Assembly (NCBI GenBank): GCA_040260805.1
Contig: JBDQPD010000054.1
Coordinates: 1 to 22,705 of the forward strand
Length of the DNA stretch: 22,705 bases
Direction: 5' to 3'
Origin: Myxococcota bacterium
Lineage (GTDB): Bacteria; Myxococcota; UBA4151
Of the stretch, positions 18,682 through 22,705 are shown piece after piece (the stretch's first letter is position 1; each line of letters begins with the position of its first letter). The position numbers and the translations under genes are program-made. Below the pieces are notes generated by a model that saw nothing but the letters and a program-made list of their open reading frames with translations, ran no database searches and had not been told where the DNA came from.

Positions 18682-19733
18682 TCGGAGTCGACCAGGTCCC
18701 AGGCCATGGGAGTCCCTGCCTCAAGGGCTTGATTTACGCGCCGACCGAGCAGGGCCTCATAGTGCTTGGGCTTGAGCCCAAAGCCAGGACGAATAGGGCG
18801 CATATTTTGCGCCGTAAGCACCTCGCCAGTCTGCATCGGCTCGACGATGTAGAGCGAGCGCCTAAAGGCTAATGAAGCCTCTTCAGCGGCGCGCATCCCG
18901 AGCTCGGGGGTTCCGATCGCACGCCAGGCGCGGTCGCTCTCGTCGACCAAGGCTTTGAGCTCGGCGGGCTCGAGCGAGAACGCTGAATCCACGCCGCCGT
19001 CCGCCCGGCTCAGCGTGAAGTGCTTCTCGATCACTCGAGCGCCAAAGGCGACGCTCGCTAACGCGACCCCGATCCCATGCGTATGATCCGAGAGCCCCGC
19101 CATGACCCCAAAGGTCTCGGCCAAGGTCGCAACGGCTGAGACATGCGTCGCGTCAGGCGGCGCCGGATACGTCGAGGTGCATTTGAGCAAAATGATCTGC
19201 TCATTGCCGACGCTCTTCGCGGCTTCGACCGCCTCACCGATCTCTTCAAGCGAGGACATCCCGGTGGACATGATCAGCGGCTTGCCCGTTGCGGCCACCT
19301 TTTTGATCAAGGGGATGTCGACGATTTCGAAACTCGCGATCTTGTAGAGCTCGACCTCAAGGCTTTCCAAAAAATCGACAGCGGTGGGATCAAAAGGTGC
19401 AGAAAAACCCAACATGCCCAGGGCTTTGCAGCGATCAAAGATCGGCGCGTGCCAAGCCCAAGGCGTATGCGCCTCTTCGTACAACTCATACAGATTGCGG
19501 CCTGCCCATAGGCTGTTGGCGTCCTCGATCACAAAACCCGGCTTGCGGCTGTCGATGGTCATCGTGTCCGCAGTGTAGGTCTGGATTTTCAGCGCGTGCG
19601 CGCCGGCGGCTGCGGCGGCGTCGACGATCGCAAGCGCTCGCTCGAGGCTGCCGTTGTGGTTACCGCTCATCTCAGCGACGATTAAGGGGGGCGCCGCTTC
19701 CCCTGCGAGCCGTTGAGCTAGAGATACCGTCAT
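18678..19733 (-). CDS. pseI: Pseudaminic acid synthase (NeuB family)
   Basis: IVAEMSGNHNGSLERA, KIQTYTADTMT, KIASFE, STGM, LLKCTSTYP, GLSDHT, IEKHFTL, DSAFSL, C-terminal AFP-like RRSLY...IRPG.GL. Confidence 0.9.
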   Translation of the reverse strand: MTVSLAQRLAGEAAPPLIVAEMSGNHNGSLERALAIVDAAAAAGAHALKIQTYTADTMTIDSRKPGFVIEDANSLWAGRNLYELYEEAHTPWAWHAPIFDRCKALGMLGFSAPFDPTAVDFLESLEVELYKIASFEIVDIPLIKKVAATGKPLIMSTGMSSLEEIGEAVEAAKSVGNEQIILLKCTSTYPAPPDATHVSAVATLAETFGVMAGLSDHTHGIGVALASVAFGARVIEKHFTLSRADGGVDSAFSLEPAELKALVDESDRAWRAIGTPELGMRAAEEASLAFRRSLYIVEPMQTGEVLTAQNMRPIRPGFGLKPKHYEALLGRRVNQALEAGTPMAWDLVDSD

Positions 19734-20731
19734 AATGCCTCTTTCAATGCTTGCGCTACACGCACAGCCCCTTGTCCATCGACCAACGCTCGACCTTTGG
19801 CCGCCTGACCCTGACGTGTCCTGGGGTCATCGATCAAGTTTTGCAGCGCCTGCTGAAGGGGTTTGGGAAAGACATCTTCGATTCTCCCTAGATCATGAGC
19901 GACGCCGGCGTCGGCTGCAGCTTGCGCTAAGTGACGTTGGTTTGGCGCAATCGAGAGCACCACACGCGGCAAACCCATAACGCAAAGCTCCCATAAGGTT
20001 GAGCCCGCAGCGCTCACCGCCAGCTGACAGGTTGCCATCAGGCTCGCCATATCGGTGACGTTGTCATGCAACTCGATCCACGTGCGGTCAGTGGCTTGTC
20101 GACGCAAGGATGCGGCGCGCGCATTGTTCGCTCCGACCACCACCACGAGCGTCATAGACTGAGCGGTCATGACCGGCTCAAGCGCCCCGATCAGGCTTAA
20201 GGTGTGACCGTCGGGGTCGGCGGCGCCTAAACTGAGCAGACAGCGCCTGGGCGGCAGGCTCAGATCGATCGACTCGGCGCATCGAAACTCCCTGCGCAGC
20301 AGCGCATAGTTCAAACCCACTAACTGCTGCAGGCTCTCTCGCTGCGCCATCTGAGCGCCCAAATTTTGATTGAGCGCCAGGGTTGCGCCGACCAATGGCT
20401 CGCCCGAGTCGACCACCTGCAATACAGGGCGGCCGGTCTGAGCCCATGGGTTGAGATAATCGGATTCAAGGTCGTAGCGATCCAGCACCAACGCGGCGGC
20501 GCTCATGCGCGCCAGCGCCTCTGGTTGATTTCGCCAAGCCGACAAAGGTCGGTGCTGAAAGCCTCGGTTGAGGACACGCTCTTGATCTTTGGCGCTCAGC
20601 GGCTCGGTCGCAAAGACTGGCCTTAAGCCTAACTCTAAGCAGGTCTCGGCGAGGGCAATGCAGCGCATTAAATGACCGCTGCCGATCTGTTCGTTGGCGT
20701 CGCAACGAAAGATGATCTTCGGTCCCCTCAA
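19730..20731 (-). CDS. pseG: UDP-2,4-diacetamido-2,4,6-trideoxy-beta-L-altropyranose hydrolase
   Basis: FRCDA...IGSGHLMRC.ALA, D.Y, GLNYALLRREF, LG.ADP, AAGSTLWE, NQ, VDGQGA.RV. Coupled to pseI. Confidence 0.85.
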   Translation of the reverse strand: MRGPKIIFRCDANEQIGSGHLMRCIALAETCLELGLRPVFATEPLSAKDQERVLNRGFQHRPLSAWRNQPEALARMSAAALVLDRYDLESDYLNPWAQTGRPVLQVVDSGEPLVGATLALNQNLGAQMAQRESLQQLVGLNYALLRREFRCAESIDLSLPPRRCLLSLGAADPDGHTLSLIGALEPVMTAQSMTLVVVVGANNARAASLRRQATDRTWIELHDNVTDMASLMATCQLAVSAAGSTLWELCVMGLPRVVLSIAPNQRHLAQAAADAGVAHDLGRIEDVFPKPLQQALQNLIDDPRTRQGQAAKGRALVDGQGAVRVAQALKEAL

Positions 20732-21459
20732 CCTTGCACCAGTTTCTTTTGCTCAACCGCCGAGTTGATGGCGGCGACCTCGGGGTTTTGCTTGAGCATC
20801 TCAAGCGCCTCAAGATAACTGAAATCTCGGCGTCCACCCATCAAGCCAGCGAGGGTCCGAACCATCTCGAGATCACTGAGTTCATCGACGCACCAACGGT
20901 AGGCGCTGTGATCACGATCACCGGGCACATTGAGAAGCGCGAACTGGTCGGGGTGTTGATAGAAATATGGGGTCACATGAGCGCGCTCAAAAGGTTCCTT
21001 TGCGGCGCGCTCGACCTCGATCAGCTTAGCGGCCGAGAAGACCTCTGCGTCCAGACCGCGCGGGTAACTTCGCTCGCCCACGTTGGAGGCATAATCGACC
21101 CCGGCGGCGAGGTAAGCGCTGAGCAACTCATCGACCAAACCCGGGTCGACAAAGGGGCTATCACCGCAGACGCGCACCACGTGCTCAAAACCAAAGCCAG
21201 ACACTGCGCCCGCAAAGCGCTCAAGGACGTCGTCCTCTGAGCCGCGAAAGACCTCAAAACCAAGGTCCTGACCTAGACGCTCCACCGCATCATCGCCGGG
21301 GGCATCTGAGGTAGCGACGACGACTTGCTCAATACCTCGAGCTTGGCTCAAGCGCTCAACGCACCAACCCAGCAAGGGGAAGCCAGCGATCGGTTCGAGA
21401 ATTTTACCCGGCAAGCGCTTCGATCCTGTTCGCGCCTGAATGACCGCTCCAACACGCAC
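20728..21459 (-). CDS. SpsF-type acylneuraminate/pseudaminate cytidylyltransferase
   Basis: IQARTGSKRLPGK, VVATS, GSEDDVL.RF, VRVCGDSPF, YPRGLDAEVF, HVTPY, RWCVD..DL. Overlaps the pseG start. Confidence 0.85.
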   Translation of the reverse strand: MRVGAVIQARTGSKRLPGKILEPIAGFPLLGWCVERLSQARGIEQVVVATSDAPGDDAVERLGQDLGFEVFRGSEDDVLERFAGAVSGFGFEHVVRVCGDSPFVDPGLVDELLSAYLAAGVDYASNVGERSYPRGLDAEVFSAAKLIEVERAAKEPFERAHVTPYFYQHPDQFALLNVPGDRDHSAYRWCVDELSDLEMVRTLAGLMGGRRDFSYLEALEMLKQNPEVAAINSAVEQKKLVQG

Positions 21460-21518
21460 GCTTTAGCTCCTTAGTTCCTGCTAACGGATCGCACGCTCTA
21501 TTCGCTTAGACCAACGGC

Positions 21519-22703
21519 CTATTGGCGCCTCGCACAAAAGGCGAATCGGTCGCTGTAGCTGTTCCCGTTCGTGCACCAGCTGTTGTTCTCTTCCCCGCAG
21601 CTGCCTCCGTTGTTCCAGGTGTTGCCCATATAGGTGTAGGTCTGATTCATCGCATCGCAGGTTCCCGGGTTCGTATTACAAAGCGACTGAGATGTCGTTC
21701 TCATCGGGTTACCGCAGCCAACCTCGCTAGTTAACGTGCAGATGTTGTTGTTGTATCGGCAGCCAGCTGCCCCCGCACAGGGGGTCTCCATTCCAAAGCG
21801 TTGACAGGTGGCGTGCACGTTGTTGTCCGTCATAACGCCTTGCGCAGGCACCCGATAAAACCGCCAGCCGCCGTGGGCGTGCAGGAAGTATTCCTCGTTT
21901 CCGAGCGTGCAATCATTTCGGCATTGATCACCGTCATCTTGGTTGCCGTCATCGCAGCCCTCAACCCCTGCGTGCACGAGCCCATCGCCACAGCGAGCGG
22001 CGACGCAGGTGTCCAAGCACGCATCGGTCTGGACGGGGTTGGCGTCGTCACAAGCCTCAACGCCCGCTTGCACGTGACCGTCACCGCATGAGGCGATTCT
22101 GCAGTCGTTGAGGCAGGCGTCCGCTTGGTCGAGGTTGCCGTCGTCGCAGCTCTCAAAGCCCGCTTGACCGACCTGCACATCGCCGCGCAAAAATCCGTCG
22201 CCACAGGTCGCCACCGCGCAGGTGTCTAGACAGGCGTCGAGGTTGTCGGCGTTGCCGTCATCGCAGGCTTCAAAACCCGCCTGACCGGCCACGACGTCAG
22301 CTCTGAGCACGCCGTCGCCGCAGCGCGCCGCAGTGCAGTCGTTGAGGCAGGCGTCTTCTTGATCCTGGTTGCCGTCGTCGCAGGCTTCGATCCCGGCAGC
22401 GACGATGCCGTCACCGCAGCGGTTGGTGATGCAGTCGCTCAAGCAGCCATCGGTCTCGATCTCGTTGCCGTCATCGCAGTCTTCGCGGCCGGCCCAGACC
22501 TGCCCGTCACCGCAGCGAGCGATCTGGCAGTCGTTCAAGCAGCCGTCGGTCTGAAGCTGATTGGCGTCATCACAGTCCTCAACGCCGATCTGCAACACGC
22601 CGTCGCCGCAGCGAGCTAGACGGCAGCCGTTGGTGCAGGCGTCGGTGTCGGAGTCGTTGCCGTCATCGCAGGCCTCAAAGCCGGGCTCGCCCTCAGCGAT
22701 GTC
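21519..22703 (-). CDS. Myxococcal cysteine-rich repeat (DUF4215-like) protein with a distinct C-terminal domain; 5' end outside window
   Basis: Seven full and one partial CGDG..E.CDDGN....D.C...C repeats. The frame stays open to the window edge ([17 protein letters not shown]...). Confidence 0.88.
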   Translation of the reverse strand, partial: DIAEGEPGFEACDDGNDSDTDACTNGCRLARCGDGVLQIGVEDCDDANQLQTDGCLNDCQIARCGDGQVWAGREDCDDGNEIETDGCLSDCITNRCGDGIVAAGIEACDDGNQDQEDACLNDCTAARCGDGVLRADVVAGQAGFEACDDGNADNLDACLDTCAVATCGDGFLRGDVQVGQAGFESCDDGNLDQADACLNDCRIASCGDGHVQAGVEACDDANPVQTDACLDTCVAARCGDGLVHAGVEGCDDGNQDDGDQCRNDCTLGNEEYFLHAHGGWRFYRVPAQGVMTDNNVHATCQRFGMETPCAGAAGCRYNNNICTLTSEVGCGNPMRTTSQSLCNTNPGTCDAMNQTYTYMGNTWNNGGSCGEENNSWCTNGNSYSDRFAFCARRQ

Positions 22704-22705
22704 GG

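Noticed and set aside
21519..21896. Diversity-generating retroelement target (many AAC codons, lectin-like end)
   Set aside because: No reverse transcriptase and no second near-identical template copy in the window.

Overview
Bacterial chromosomal window, probably Myxococcota/deltaproteobacterial (inferred from a myxobacterial-type Ser/Thr kinase and myxococcal Cys-rich repeats). The left end is the 3' part of a GC-richer CzcA/CusA-type RND metal efflux gene. It is followed by about 700 bp of structured non-coding DNA that looks like two homologous integrative-element ends stacked against the 3' end of tRNA-Asn(GTT) on the minus strand. The middle holds a nucleotidyltransferase, dCMP deaminase, apaG, a PhnA-like protein, a solitary Mod-like DNA methyltransferase, fpr, a secreted protein, a Ser/Thr kinase and an FG-GAP lipoprotein. 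Next comes a sucA-sucB-lpdA operon extended by a PseH-like GNAT and a SAM methyltransferase. It converges on SpsF-type cytidylyltransferase, pseG and pseI genes, which lie downstream of a Cys-rich repeat protein cut by the window edge. The most striking feature is the 2-oxoglutarate dehydrogenase E1 (SucA, 1098 aa). It carries an in-frame cyclic-nucleotide-binding (CRP/cNMP) domain with an intact phosphate-binding cassette, suggesting direct second-messenger control of a TCA-cycle enzyme. All family calls come from motif recognition by eye; no searches were run.
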